Positions 28,486-37,006 of a DNA stretch of 64,000 nt are shown one piece after another. The position numbers and the translations under genes were made by a program. How positions within the stretch are numbered: position 1 is the first letter of the stretch; each line of letters begins with the position of its first letter. The notes beneath the pieces were generated by a model. That model saw only the letters and a list, made by a program, of their open reading frames with translations, was not told the origin of the DNA and did not search any database. This stretch comes from Candidatus Staskawiczbacteria bacterium RIFOXYB1_FULL_37_44 (GTDB taxonomy: Bacteria > Patescibacteriota > Minisyncoccia > Minisyncoccales > Staskawiczbacteraceae). The stretch lies in the NCBI GenBank assembly GCA_001822065.1, contig MHPJ01000026.1, forward strand, positions 5,281-69,280, read 5' to 3'.

Positions 28486-29445
28486 ATGAAAATACAAGAC
28501 ATTTATAATTTAATGATAAAAATGGGAATGGATGTTGATTTTAGGGGCAGAGAAGGCGTGCAAAAACTTTTGGATAATAAAAAGAAAAAATTTGAGAAAT
28601 TGAGCGAGAAAGAAAAAGAAGATCTTGATAAAGACGCTTTAGAAAATCCATATTTAGACTCTGGAGTTTATAATATTTCAGATGACAAAGAAATAAAAAG
28701 AGTTTTAGTGGGAATAGATATTTCACCGGCAGAAATTTTAATTGCAAAAGAGCTGGGCGATATTGATTTGGTAATTGCCCATCATCCTGTTGGAAAAGGT
28801 TTGGCGCAATTGGCAGATGTTATGGATTTGCAGGCCGATGTTTGCAATTATTACGGCGTGCCAATAAATGTGGCAGAAGGATTGATGCGCGAAAGAATTT
28901 CTGAAGTAGCCAGAGGAGTAAATTCTTCAAACCATCAAAGGACAGTTGACGCCGCAAAATTAATGAAAGTTAATTTAATGAATTCGCATACGCCTTGTGA
29001 TAATTTGGCTGCCAAATTTTTAAAAAATTTGGTTGAGAATCCGCCAGCTGGAGAAAAACCCGAGACAGTCGGCGAGCTGATAAATATTTTAAAAGAAATT
29101 CCAGAATACAAAGAGGCGATGAAAATTGGAGTTGGTCCTAAAATTTTTGTGGGAACTGCAGATAACCGATGCGGAAAAATTGCTTTGTCTGAAATTACAG
29201 GAGGCACAGAAGGCTCCCCAAAACTTTATGAAAAAATGGCGCAGGCCGGAGTTGGCACGGTTGTCGGAATGCATATTTCTGAAGAACACAAAAAGGAAGC
29301 AGAGCTGGCTCACGTGAACATTGTAATTGCCGGGCATATTTCTTCCGATTCTTTGGGCGTAAATTTATTTGTTGACGAACTTGAAAAGCAAGGCATTGAA
29401 ATTGTGGCATGCTCCGGTTTTACCCGCTTCTCAAGGGTAAAATAA
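28486..29445 (+). CDS. Nif3-like dinuclear metal centre protein (YbgI/GTP cyclohydrolase 1 type 2 family-like)
   Basis: VIAHHPV and C-terminal GHISSD motifs; in-frame CCGCCAGCTGGAG variant palindrome at 29041-29053. Confidence 0.45.
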   Translation: MKIQDIYNLMIKMGMDVDFRGREGVQKLLDNKKKKFEKLSEKEKEDLDKDALENPYLDSGVYNISDDKEIKRVLVGIDISPAEILIAKELGDIDLVIAHHPVGKGLAQLADVMDLQADVCNYYGVPINVAEGLMRERISEVARGVNSSNHQRTVDAAKLMKVNLMNSHTPCDNLAAKFLKNLVENPPAGEKPETVGELINILKEIPEYKEAMKIGVGPKIFVGTADNRCGKIALSEITGGTEGSPKLYEKMAQAGVGTVVGMHISEEHKKEAELAHVNIVIAGHISSDSLGVNLFVDELEKQGIEIVACSGFTRFSRVK

Positions 29446-29449
29446 AACA

Positions 29450-29648
29450 TTGACATTTTTTGATTTATGAATAAAATAGCTATATGAGGGGGTGCGAAGT
29501 TTATCTTCAAGGACAGAATAATTTTAACGAGAAAGATAAAAAGTATATACCTAAAATTCATTGTCCGAATTTGGGCTCGAGAAAAAATCTTTTTTGTTAA
29601 AATTTTTTGCCCCCTCTTCAAAAAATACCAGGCATGCTGGTGTTTTTT
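29450..29648 (+). ncRNA. candidate structured leader or small RNA (TTGACA promoter, long-range GAGGGGG/CCCCCUC helix, intrinsic terminator)
   Basis: GAGGGGG at 29486-29492 pairs with GCCCCCTC at 29609-29616 across about 117 nt containing nested helices. Terminator ACCAGGCATGCTGGTGTTTTTT at 29627-29648. Class not identified. Confidence 0.35.
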
Positions 29649-29678
29649 GTTGAAAAAGTTTAAAATAAAATAAAAACT

Positions 29679-29957
29679 ATGAAAAAAGACCAGCCTCGCC
29701 GAGTCAAGGCGGGAAAGCCAATTGGCAAAGTTACCCACTATTTTTCAGACATTCAAGTGGCGGTAATTAATTTGTCTGCTCCCTTAAAACAAAAAGATGT
29801 TATTAGAATTGTAGGCGGCGAAGCCACCGATTTTGAACAAAAAATCGGTTCAATGCAAATTGACCGTAAAGAAATAAAGTCTGCAAAAAAAGGCGATTCT
29901 ATCGGAATAAAGGTTAATGAAAAAGTCCGCGAAGGCTACAAAGTTTTTAAATTATGA
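29679..29957 (+). CDS. hypothetical small beta-rich protein
   Basis: 92-aa ORF overlapping the start of the PHP gene by 4 nt, suggesting an operon. Confidence 0.35.
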   Translation: MKKDQPRRVKAGKPIGKVTHYFSDIQVAVINLSAPLKQKDVIRIVGGEATDFEQKIGSMQIDRKEIKSAKKGDSIGIKVNEKVREGYKVFKL

Positions 29958-31213
29958 AATTTGTCGGAGATTTTCATATACATTCAAAATATTCCAGAGC
30001 TGTTTCGCCATCAATGGACCTGCAAAATTTGGATAATTGGGCGCAAATTAAAGGAATAAAAGTTTTGGGAACCGGAGATTTCACCCATCCAAAATGGCTT
30101 AACGCAATACAAGAAGAATTAAGGCCGGCTGAACCTGGCCTTTTTTCGTTTAAAAATTCCAATTCACCAACAAGATTTATTTTAACTTCCGAAATTTCTT
30201 GTATCTACAAAAAAACTGGGAAAGTTAGAAAAGTTCATATTATTGTTTTTGCTCCATCAATAAGCGCGGTTGAAAAAATAAATATAGCGCTTAATAAAAT
30301 TGGAAACCTGCATTCGGACGGCCGGCCGATTTTGGGGCTTGATGCAAAAGAGCTGTTAAAAATTGTCTTAGATGCAAATGAAGATTGTTTAGTTGTGCCA
30401 GCCCATGCATGGACGCCTTGGTTTTCTGTTTTCGGTTCAAAATCAGGATTTAATTCTTTAGAAGAATGCTTTAATGAATACACAAAATATATTTTTGCAA
30501 TTGAAACCGGGCTGTCATCCGACCCTTTAATGAACTGGAGGCTTTCGCAATTGGACAAAATTGCTTTAATTTCAAACAGCGACGCCCACTCTCCTCAAAA
30601 AATTGGCAGGGAAGCAAATGTTTTTGATACAGAAATAAACTATCAAAAAATAATGGAAGCAATAAAAACAAAAGATAAAAATAAATTTTTGCATACAATT
30701 GAATTTTTTCCAGAAGAAGGCAAATACCACAATGACGGCCACAGATTATGCAATTTGAATTTTTCTCCAGAGCAATCCAAAAAGAATAATAATATTTGCC
30801 CAAAATGTAAAAAGCCTCTGGTTATCGGGGTTTTAAACAGGGTTGAAGAATTGGCAGACAGGCCGACAGGATTTATACCCAAAAATGCAATTCCATTTAA
30901 AAGTTTAATTCCTTTAAATGAAATTATTGCAGAATCAATTGGAGTTTCAACGGCCTCAAAAGAAGTTGGAAAACATTATAATAATTTAATAAAAAATTTG
31001 GGGAGCGAATTTAAAATTTTATTGGAGTCAGAAAAAAAAGAAATAGAAAAATGCTCTTTGCCGGAAATTGCGGAGGGAATTATGCGAGTCCGTGATGGGA
31101 AGGTTTTAATTGAACCCGGATATGACGGAGTTTTTGGCAAAATTAAAATTTTCACAGAAGAAGAACGCCCGAATAAAAAGAATAGATTATCCAGCCAAAA
31201 AACTTTGCTATAA
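29954..31213 (+). CDS. PHP-domain metal-dependent phosphoesterase with Cys4 zinc ribbon (EndoQ-like)
   Basis: N-terminal GDFHIHSKYSRA PHP motif; later C..C..C..C (CNLNF...CPKCKKPL) zinc ribbon. Confidence 0.5.
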   Translation: MKFVGDFHIHSKYSRAVSPSMDLQNLDNWAQIKGIKVLGTGDFTHPKWLNAIQEELRPAEPGLFSFKNSNSPTRFILTSEISCIYKKTGKVRKVHIIVFAPSISAVEKINIALNKIGNLHSDGRPILGLDAKELLKIVLDANEDCLVVPAHAWTPWFSVFGSKSGFNSLEECFNEYTKYIFAIETGLSSDPLMNWRLSQLDKIALISNSDAHSPQKIGREANVFDTEINYQKIMEAIKTKDKNKFLHTIEFFPEEGKYHNDGHRLCNLNFSPEQSKKNNNICPKCKKPLVIGVLNRVEELADRPTGFIPKNAIPFKSLIPLNEIIAESIGVSTASKEVGKHYNNLIKNLGSEFKILLESEKKEIEKCSLPEIAEGIMRVRDGKVLIEPGYDGVFGKIKIFTEEERPNKKNRLSSQKTLL

Positions 31214-31218
31214 AAAAA

Positions 31219-31250
31219 GATACCCGGGCCGAAGCTCGGGTATTGACAGC
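31219..31250 (-). terminator. hairpin ATACCCGGGCCGAAGCTCGGGTAT plus T-run on the minus strand
   Basis: Downstream of the minus-strand HicB-like gene. Confidence 0.5.
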
Positions 31251-31266
31251 ACTATAGTAATCCGTA

Positions 31267-31482
31267 TTATACTTTCAGAATTATAACACGGATTGTCGTG
31301 CTGTCTCTATCGGCTGCATCCAGATGCTCGCGTATGGCTTTTTCGGCCTCCGCGAAATCATCGGATTCGGGACCTTGAGCACTGCCCAAGGTCACATCAC
31401 ATAGCACTTCCCCTTCGACAAGGGCCTCAATTACTGCGCTCACTTCGCCGCCCTCCCTGTTGACAAAGGACCGAATCTGCAA
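31267..31482 (-). CDS. HicB-like antitoxin-fold small protein, high GC, orphan
   Basis: Pattern REGGEVSAVIEAL..GEVLCDVTLGSAQGPES..AEKAIREHL matches the HicB-like/DUF1902 pattern. GC content is well above the background. No HicA partner found. Confidence 0.4.
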   Translation of the reverse strand: MQIRSFVNREGGEVSAVIEALVEGEVLCDVTLGSAQGPESDDFAEAEKAIREHLDAADRDSTTIRVIILKV

Positions 31483-31626
31483 GTTTAGATATTTTATAAC
31501 GCCAGATTTTTTAATACAAGCCCTTTTAATTTGTTGTTAATAATTGCGGAGTAAAATATAAAAATTGAGTGTTGACATTATTAAATATGGAGAATAGCAT
31601 TAATGTAATAATTAATTTAAAATGCC

Positions 31627-32103
31627 ATGGACGGAAAAATTTATTATATAACAAAAGAAAAATTACATGAGTTAAAAAAAGAATATGAAGAACTGCTGGA
31701 AATTGAGCGCAAAAAATCTTTAGGCGAAACTGCTCCAAAAATTTTTGAATCGGAGGATTTAAATCCTGAATTTGTAAGCTTTCAAGAAGATATTGGATTT
31801 TTAAGATCCAGAATTGACGAGCTAAAAGGTATTGTAGAACACCATGAATTAATAAAAAGCCCGACAAAAGATAAACAGGGAATTGTTAGTTTGGGAGCTA
31901 AAGTAAAAATAGATGTAGACGGGCAAAAAGATGAATTTGTCATTGTTGGAACTCTTGAAGCAAACCCGGCTTTAGGAAAAATTAGCAACGAATCCCCTGT
32001 TGGGAAGGCTCTTTTAGGCCACAAAATAGGGGACGAAGTTTCCGTTTCTTCGCCCATTAAAACAACATATAAAATCAAAAACATAAAATACGAAATTGGA
32101 TAA
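31627..32103 (+). CDS. greA: transcription elongation factor GreA
   Basis: N-terminal coiled coil plus C-terminal FKBP-like domain (GDEVSVSSPIKTTYKI). Confidence 0.85.
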   Translation: MDGKIYYITKEKLHELKKEYEELLEIERKKSLGETAPKIFESEDLNPEFVSFQEDIGFLRSRIDELKGIVEHHELIKSPTKDKQGIVSLGAKVKIDVDGQKDEFVIVGTLEANPALGKISNESPVGKALLGHKIGDEVSVSSPIKTTYKIKNIKYEIG

Positions 32104-32726
32104 TGGATAAAATTCTCACATTTTTTACAGAAATTGGAAAATTAAAAGAGTTGAAAAGGCGCGGCTGGGTTTTGAGGGAAATTAAAAATCCCGAGAGCGT
32201 TGCCGATCATATTTTTCGGGCAACCTTAATGGCTTGGGTTTTAGGCAGAAAAAAGCGCGGCTTAAATATAGAAAAAGTTATGAAAATGGCCTTGATCCAT
32301 GATATTTGCGAAGTTTATGCCGGAGATACAACTCCCTACGATTCCATACTCCCAAAATCAAAAAAGGAAATAAGAAAGCTGCTTAGAACGTGGCCAAGAT
32401 TTTCCGATTCGAAAAAAAAGCGATTGTCTGAAAAAAAATTCAAAAAAGAAAAAACAGCTCTGGAAAAGCTTACGAGAGGCTTACCCAAGGAATTAGCGCG
32501 CGAAATGATGGATTTATGGATAGATTATGAAAACGGCAAAACAAAAGAAGGAAGATTCTTTAAGCAAATGGACAGGCTGGAAAATTTTTTACAGGCAACA
32601 GAATACTGGAAAAAATACAAAAACTTATCTCAAAAATCATGGTGGGACCAGGCCCGAGAATCATTTGACGATCCTGTGCTGCTTGAATTTATGGAAAAGA
32701 TAGATAAGCAATTCCACAAAAATTAA
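32103..32726 (+). CDS. HD-domain phosphohydrolase (YfbR-like 5'-deoxynucleotidase family)
   Basis: H...HD...D metal motif (ADHIFRATLMAW...ALIHDICEVYAGD). Confidence 0.6.
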   Translation: MDKILTFFTEIGKLKELKRRGWVLREIKNPESVADHIFRATLMAWVLGRKKRGLNIEKVMKMALIHDICEVYAGDTTPYDSILPKSKKEIRKLLRTWPRFSDSKKKRLSEKKFKKEKTALEKLTRGLPKELAREMMDLWIDYENGKTKEGRFFKQMDRLENFLQATEYWKKYKNLSQKSWWDQARESFDDPVLLEFMEKIDKQFHKN

Positions 32727-32799
32727 TAACAAAGATTACAAAACCCCAAAATGGGGTTTTTCATTTACTTTTGGATATCTTATAATATAATATATAAAC

Positions 32800-34530
32800 A
32801 TGAAAAATCAGGAAATTGCAAAAATTTTCAATGAAATGGCAAAGTATCTGAAAATGGAGGGCGTGGATTTTAAGCCTTTTGCTTATGAAAAAGCGGCCAT
32901 TTCCTTAGAATCTTTAAATGAAGATGTGGGAGAAATTTATGCGCAAGGAGGCATAAAATCCTTGCTGGAAATTTCCGGAATAGGAAAAAGCATGGCAGGG
33001 CACATAGAAGAATATTTAAAAAACGGGAAAATAAAAGACTACGAAAAAATGAAAAAATCCCTGCCTTTGCAAATTGATGAGTTAATAAGAGTTGAGGGGG
33101 TGGGCCCGAGAAAAGTGAAAATACTTTATCAAAAGCTGGGAGTAAAAAACTTGAAAGATTTGGAAAAAGCGGCAAAAACGCATAAAATAACTCCCCTTTT
33201 CGGGTTTGGAGAAAAGACGGAAAAAAATATTTTGCAGGGAATTGAATTTGCCAAAAGAAGCCAAGGGAGGTTTTTAATTAGTAAAATTTTACCTGTTGCT
33301 CGGGAAGTTTTAGAAAAAATAAAAAAATTTGAGGGAGTAAAAGAAGCGAGTTTGGCAGGATCTTTGCGGAGGGGTAGAGAAACAATTGGAGACGTAGATA
33401 TTTTAGCTGTAGCCAAAAATGTAGAAAAAGCTATGGATTTTTTTATTGCTTTGCCGGGCGTGGAAAAAGTTTGGGGGAAGGGCGGGACAAAAGCTTCGGT
33501 ACATATGGGGGACGGTTTTGACATGGATTTGCGGGTTGTTCCTGAAAAAAGTTTTGGAGCGGCTTTGCAATATTTCACCGGCTCAAAAGAGCACAATGTG
33601 GCAACAAGGCGAATTGCAATTAGTAAGGGCTTAAAACTTTCAGAATATGGCATTTTTCGCGGATCAAAAATGATTGCGGGCAAAACAGAAGAAGGGGTTT
33701 ATAAAGCAATCGGCCTGCCGTATATTGAGCCGGAATTAAGAGAAAACGAAGGAGAAATTGAAGCCGCCCTAAACGGAAAACTGCCCAAATTGATTGAACT
33801 AAAAAATATTAAGGGAGACCTGCATTGCCATTCCAACTGGGATGGCGGAAAAAATTCAATTGAAGATATGGTAAAAACAGCAATGGAAATGGGCTATGAA
33901 TATATTGGAATTTCAGACCACACAAAATTTTTAGCAATTGAGCGCGGATTAAATGAAGAACAGCTCTTAAAACAGCGCGAAGAAATTAAACAGCTTAATT
34001 TAAAATTTAAAATTAAAAATTTAAAATTTAGGATACTGCACGGATGCGAAACAAATATCTTAAACGACGGGAGCGTTGATATTAAAGACGAAATTTTAGA
34101 AAAGCTGGATTACGTTATTGCGGGCGTGCATTCTTCTTTAAAAATGGAGAAAAAAGAAATGACCTCGCGCGTCGAAAAAGCAATGAAAAATAAAAACATT
34201 GATATTTTTGCCCATCCAACGGGAAGAATTGTAGGACAAAGAGATAAATACCAAATTGATTTTGACAAAATTTTACAACAGGCAAAGGAAACCGGCACTA
34301 TTTTGGAAATTAATTCATCTTCCAGATTGGATTTAAGAGATACATACATAAGAAGGGCAAAAAACAAAGGCTTGAAAATGATAATTAACACCGACTCGCA
34401 CCGTAAGGACCATTTAAATTTAATGGAATACGGCGTTGCCCAAGCGCGCCGCGGCTGGGCCGAAAAAGAAGACATCGTAAATACTTTTCCAATTGAGGAA
34501 TTATTAAAACACTTTAAACAAAATGCCTAA
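32800..34530 (+). CDS. family X DNA polymerase (PolX) with C-terminal PHP domain
   Basis: HhH segments, Pol-beta-like core (GSLRRGRETIGDVDIL), PHP motifs (HCHSNWDGG...DHT). Confidence 0.8.
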   Translation: MKNQEIAKIFNEMAKYLKMEGVDFKPFAYEKAAISLESLNEDVGEIYAQGGIKSLLEISGIGKSMAGHIEEYLKNGKIKDYEKMKKSLPLQIDELIRVEGVGPRKVKILYQKLGVKNLKDLEKAAKTHKITPLFGFGEKTEKNILQGIEFAKRSQGRFLISKILPVAREVLEKIKKFEGVKEASLAGSLRRGRETIGDVDILAVAKNVEKAMDFFIALPGVEKVWGKGGTKASVHMGDGFDMDLRVVPEKSFGAALQYFTGSKEHNVATRRIAISKGLKLSEYGIFRGSKMIAGKTEEGVYKAIGLPYIEPELRENEGEIEAALNGKLPKLIELKNIKGDLHCHSNWDGGKNSIEDMVKTAMEMGYEYIGISDHTKFLAIERGLNEEQLLKQREEIKQLNLKFKIKNLKFRILHGCETNILNDGSVDIKDEILEKLDYVIAGVHSSLKMEKKEMTSRVEKAMKNKNIDIFAHPTGRIVGQRDKYQIDFDKILQQAKETGTILEINSSSRLDLRDTYIRRAKNKGLKMIINTDSHRKDHLNLMEYGVAQARRGWAEKEDIVNTFPIEELLKHFKQNA

Positions 34531-34996
34531 AGAAAAATCTGCGGGAGCCGTAATCTATAGAATGGAAAATAATAAAATTTATTATTTGCTTTTGCATTAC
34601 TCGCCTTCTGAAAAAAGAAGACGCGGGCAGTGGGGATTTGCAAAAGGCCACGTTGAAAAAGGCGAAACCGACGAGCAAACTGCCATAAGGGAAATTACCG
34701 AAGAAACTGGCATTGAAGACATAGTAATAATGCCGGGATTTAAAGAACTGGAAAAATATTTTTTTAGGAAAGTTTACGGATTAAAAGGCGAAGAAAGAAA
34801 AAAGGCCCCTTGGATTTTTAAGTCTGTTATCTTCTTTTTGGCACAAACGCAAACAAAAGAAATAAAAATTTCCGATGAGCACATCGGTTTTGTCTGGCTG
34901 GAATTTGTGGATGCAGTTAAAAAGTTGAGCTTTAAAAATTCAAAAGAATTATTAAAAAAGGCGAATAAAGTTATTCGCCTTTTACCTCGTCAATAA
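34523..34996 (+). CDS. NUDIX hydrolase
   Basis: NUDIX box GHVEKGETDEQTAIREITEETGI. Confidence 0.7.
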   Translation: MPKEKSAGAVIYRMENNKIYYLLLHYSPSEKRRRGQWGFAKGHVEKGETDEQTAIREITEETGIEDIVIMPGFKELEKYFFRKVYGLKGEERKKAPWIFKSVIFFLAQTQTKEIKISDEHIGFVWLEFVDAVKKLSFKNSKELLKKANKVIRLLPRQ

Positions 34997-35321
34997 TTTT
35001 TATAAATACTTCCGGATATTCTCTTGCCAATGCAGATAAAACTTTTCTGTCCAATTCTATTTTTTTCTTTTTTAATCCATTGATCAGCCTGCTGTAAGTA
35101 ATCCCATTTTGCCGCGCCAACGCGTTTATTTGTAAATTCCAAAGTTGCCTGTTTGTCCTCTTTTTTACTTTTCTGTCGCGATAAGCGTAAGCCCATGCAT
35201 GTCTTAAAGCATCTTTGGCCAGTTTAAATTTTGACTTTCTTCCGTACTTAAAACCCTTGGCATGCTTTAATAAACCTTTTCTGTGCTTGCGGGCTTGTAC
35301 GGCTCTTTTAATTCTTGACAT
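34971..35321 (-). CDS. rplT: 50S ribosomal protein L20
   Basis: MSRIKRAVQARKHRK...YAYRDRKVKKR signature. Confidence 0.9.
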   Translation of the reverse strand: MSRIKRAVQARKHRKGLLKHAKGFKYGRKSKFKLAKDALRHAWAYAYRDRKVKKRTNRQLWNLQINALARQNGITYSRLINGLKKKKIELDRKVLSALAREYPEVFIKIIDEVKGE

Positions 35322-35322
35322 T

Positions 35323-35541
35323 TTATTTTGTTAAAAACTTTTTTAAATGCTGCGCTTCTGTTTTTGAAAGCAGAATCCATTTGCGACCTTTTCTCTTTCT
35401 CTCACCGGTTTTTTTAGACCTATAATGGTTTTGTCCGGTCATTCTTCTTAAAATTTTGCCGTTTTTTGTAATTTTAAACCTTTTGATTAAGGCTTTTTTT
35501 GTTTTATTCATGAATTTATGTAGCGGAGCAAATAAATTCAT
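35323..35541 (-). CDS. rpmI: 50S ribosomal protein L35
   Basis: Small basic protein KTKKALIKRFKITKNGKILRR immediately upstream of rplT. Confidence 0.85.
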   Translation of the reverse strand: MNLFAPLHKFMNKTKKALIKRFKITKNGKILRRMTGQNHYRSKKTGERKRKGRKWILLSKTEAQHLKKFLTK

Positions 35542-35607
35542 GCCGCGATTGAAACATGATATATAGCATACACTGGTTTCAATTGCGGCGATGCCGCTAT
35601 TTATTTT

Positions 35608-36114
35608 TTAATGTTTTGAGACAATCATTGTAAAACCCCTTGGTTCGCGCTTTAATTCTCTCTCCGTTTTAATTGGTATTAACAAATTTAATTTTTCTAA
35701 AAATAGTTTTACCTTATCTGTGGCAAATTGCCCCATTGCTTTTTCCCTGCCCCTTAAAGACATATTTATTTTTACTTTGTCTCCTTCGTCTAAAAATTTT
35801 TTAGCCTGTGTTGCCCGTGTTTCCATATCGTGAGGCGAAATATTAAAAGTAAGCCTTATTTCTTTTAATTCTCCCCCTCTGGGTTTTGTCATTTTTTTTT
35901 CCTTTTTCTGCTGGCTGTAAAGATATTTTCCGTAGTTGGCGACTCTGCAAACCGGCGGCTCAACTTTTTCTGTAACCTGGATTAAATCCAAGCCTTTTGA
36001 TTTTGCCAAATCAATTGCGTTAAAAATATTCATCACTCCAAGCTGTTCGCCTGTTTCAGAAATTACCCGCACCTCTTTTGCCCGTATGAAATTGTTGATT
36101 AAAACTTTATTCAA
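35608..36114 (-). CDS. infC: translation initiation factor IF-3
   Basis: INNFIRAKEVRVI...LDLIQV...PPVCRVANYGK. Confidence 0.85.
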   Translation of the reverse strand: MNKVLINNFIRAKEVRVISETGEQLGVMNIFNAIDLAKSKGLDLIQVTEKVEPPVCRVANYGKYLYSQQKKEKKMTKPRGGELKEIRLTFNISPHDMETRATQAKKFLDEGDKVKINMSLRGREKAMGQFATDKVKLFLEKLNLLIPIKTERELKREPRGFTMIVSKH

Positions 36115-36130
36115 ATTTGTTTTTTATTTG

Positions 36131-36479
36131 TGGAGATGGCGATATTGAAATCGCGTCCAAATACCTCGTTAAAATACTTCTACAAATTTATCCTACTTTG
36201 GTTTTTGGGATATTAAATAAAAAGTAAGAAAAATCTTTAATATCTTATCCCCGGTTGCTTTCAATAATTTTTCGGGGAGAAAAAATTACCTATCCCGATA
36301 AATAACACCCTTGACCCATCTATCAGGAGTAAATGGCAAGGATGCCGCATTAAGCGAAAGCTAACGCGGGTTGCTTATTAAATAAATTAGCAATTATGTT
36401 TTTCCTGAAAGTTTTACCAGATTTCAGAATACTGGATTTGCATATTTTATAAAGAGCACTTGTCGAAACAATCATCCCC
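36131..36479 (-). ncRNA. ssrA: tmRNA (SsrA), one-piece
   Basis: Minus strand starts GGGGAUGAUUGUUUCGACAAG, like the tmRNA 5' consensus GGGGcUGAUUcugGAUUCGAC. 3' end has GGAC, a T-arm (GCGAT/ATCGC), CATCTCC, discriminator A, no CCA. Acceptor pairing GGGGATG/CATCTCC carries G3:U70. Putative tag ORF ends ...AAG CAA CCC GCG TTA GCT TTC GCT TAA (..KQPALAFA stop). 5' end overlaps the smpB stop by 8 nt. Confidence 0.75.
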
Positions 36480-36918
36480 GTGACAATTCGCGGTTAACCT
36501 CTCTTTCTACGTCCCGCTTTTTTATTTTCTCTTTTTTGTCGTATTTTCTCTTTCCTTTAGCTAACCCGAATTCGAGTTTTATTCTACCATTGTTCTCGTA
36601 TATTTTCAAGGGGATTAAGGAAAAACCCTTAGTTTTGGCCTTTCCTATCAAATAATCTATTTCTTTTTTGTTCAGCAAAAGCTTTCTCTGGCGCTCCTCA
36701 CTATAGTCTGCTCCGGCATTATTGGGCTGGTAGGGAGGCACTTTTACCCCCACCAAAAAAGGCTCGCCGGAACTTAGCGCAACATAAGCCCCAGACAAAT
36801 TTATATGCCCTGTTTTTATTGATTTGACTTCCTGCCCAAATAAAACCATCCCCGCCTCATATTTTTCCAGCACCTCATAGTCAAACCCAGCCTTTTTATT
36901 TTCCGAAAATATCTTCAT
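36472..36918 (-). CDS. smpB: SsrA-binding protein SmpB
   Basis: KIFSENKKA.FDYEVLEKYEAG..L.G.EVKS signature. Confidence 0.9.
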   Translation of the reverse strand: MKIFSENKKAGFDYEVLEKYEAGMVLFGQEVKSIKTGHINLSGAYVALSSGEPFLVGVKVPPYQPNNAGADYSEERQRKLLLNKKEIDYLIGKAKTKGFSLIPLKIYENNGRIKLEFGLAKGKRKYDKKEKIKKRDVEREVNRELSRG

Positions 36919-37006
36919 GTTTTTATACTATCATATTATCACACAATATTGCTCTTGACAAGACCCCATAAAAGGTGTATAATTAATATAGCACAAATTG
37001 GAAATT

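Noticed and set aside
31526-31867. 113-aa minus-strand ORF upstream of the HicB-like gene, considered as a possible HicA partner
   Set aside because: It overlaps greA on the opposite strand and has no HicA features (no dsRBD-like GSH motif). Rejected as a gene.
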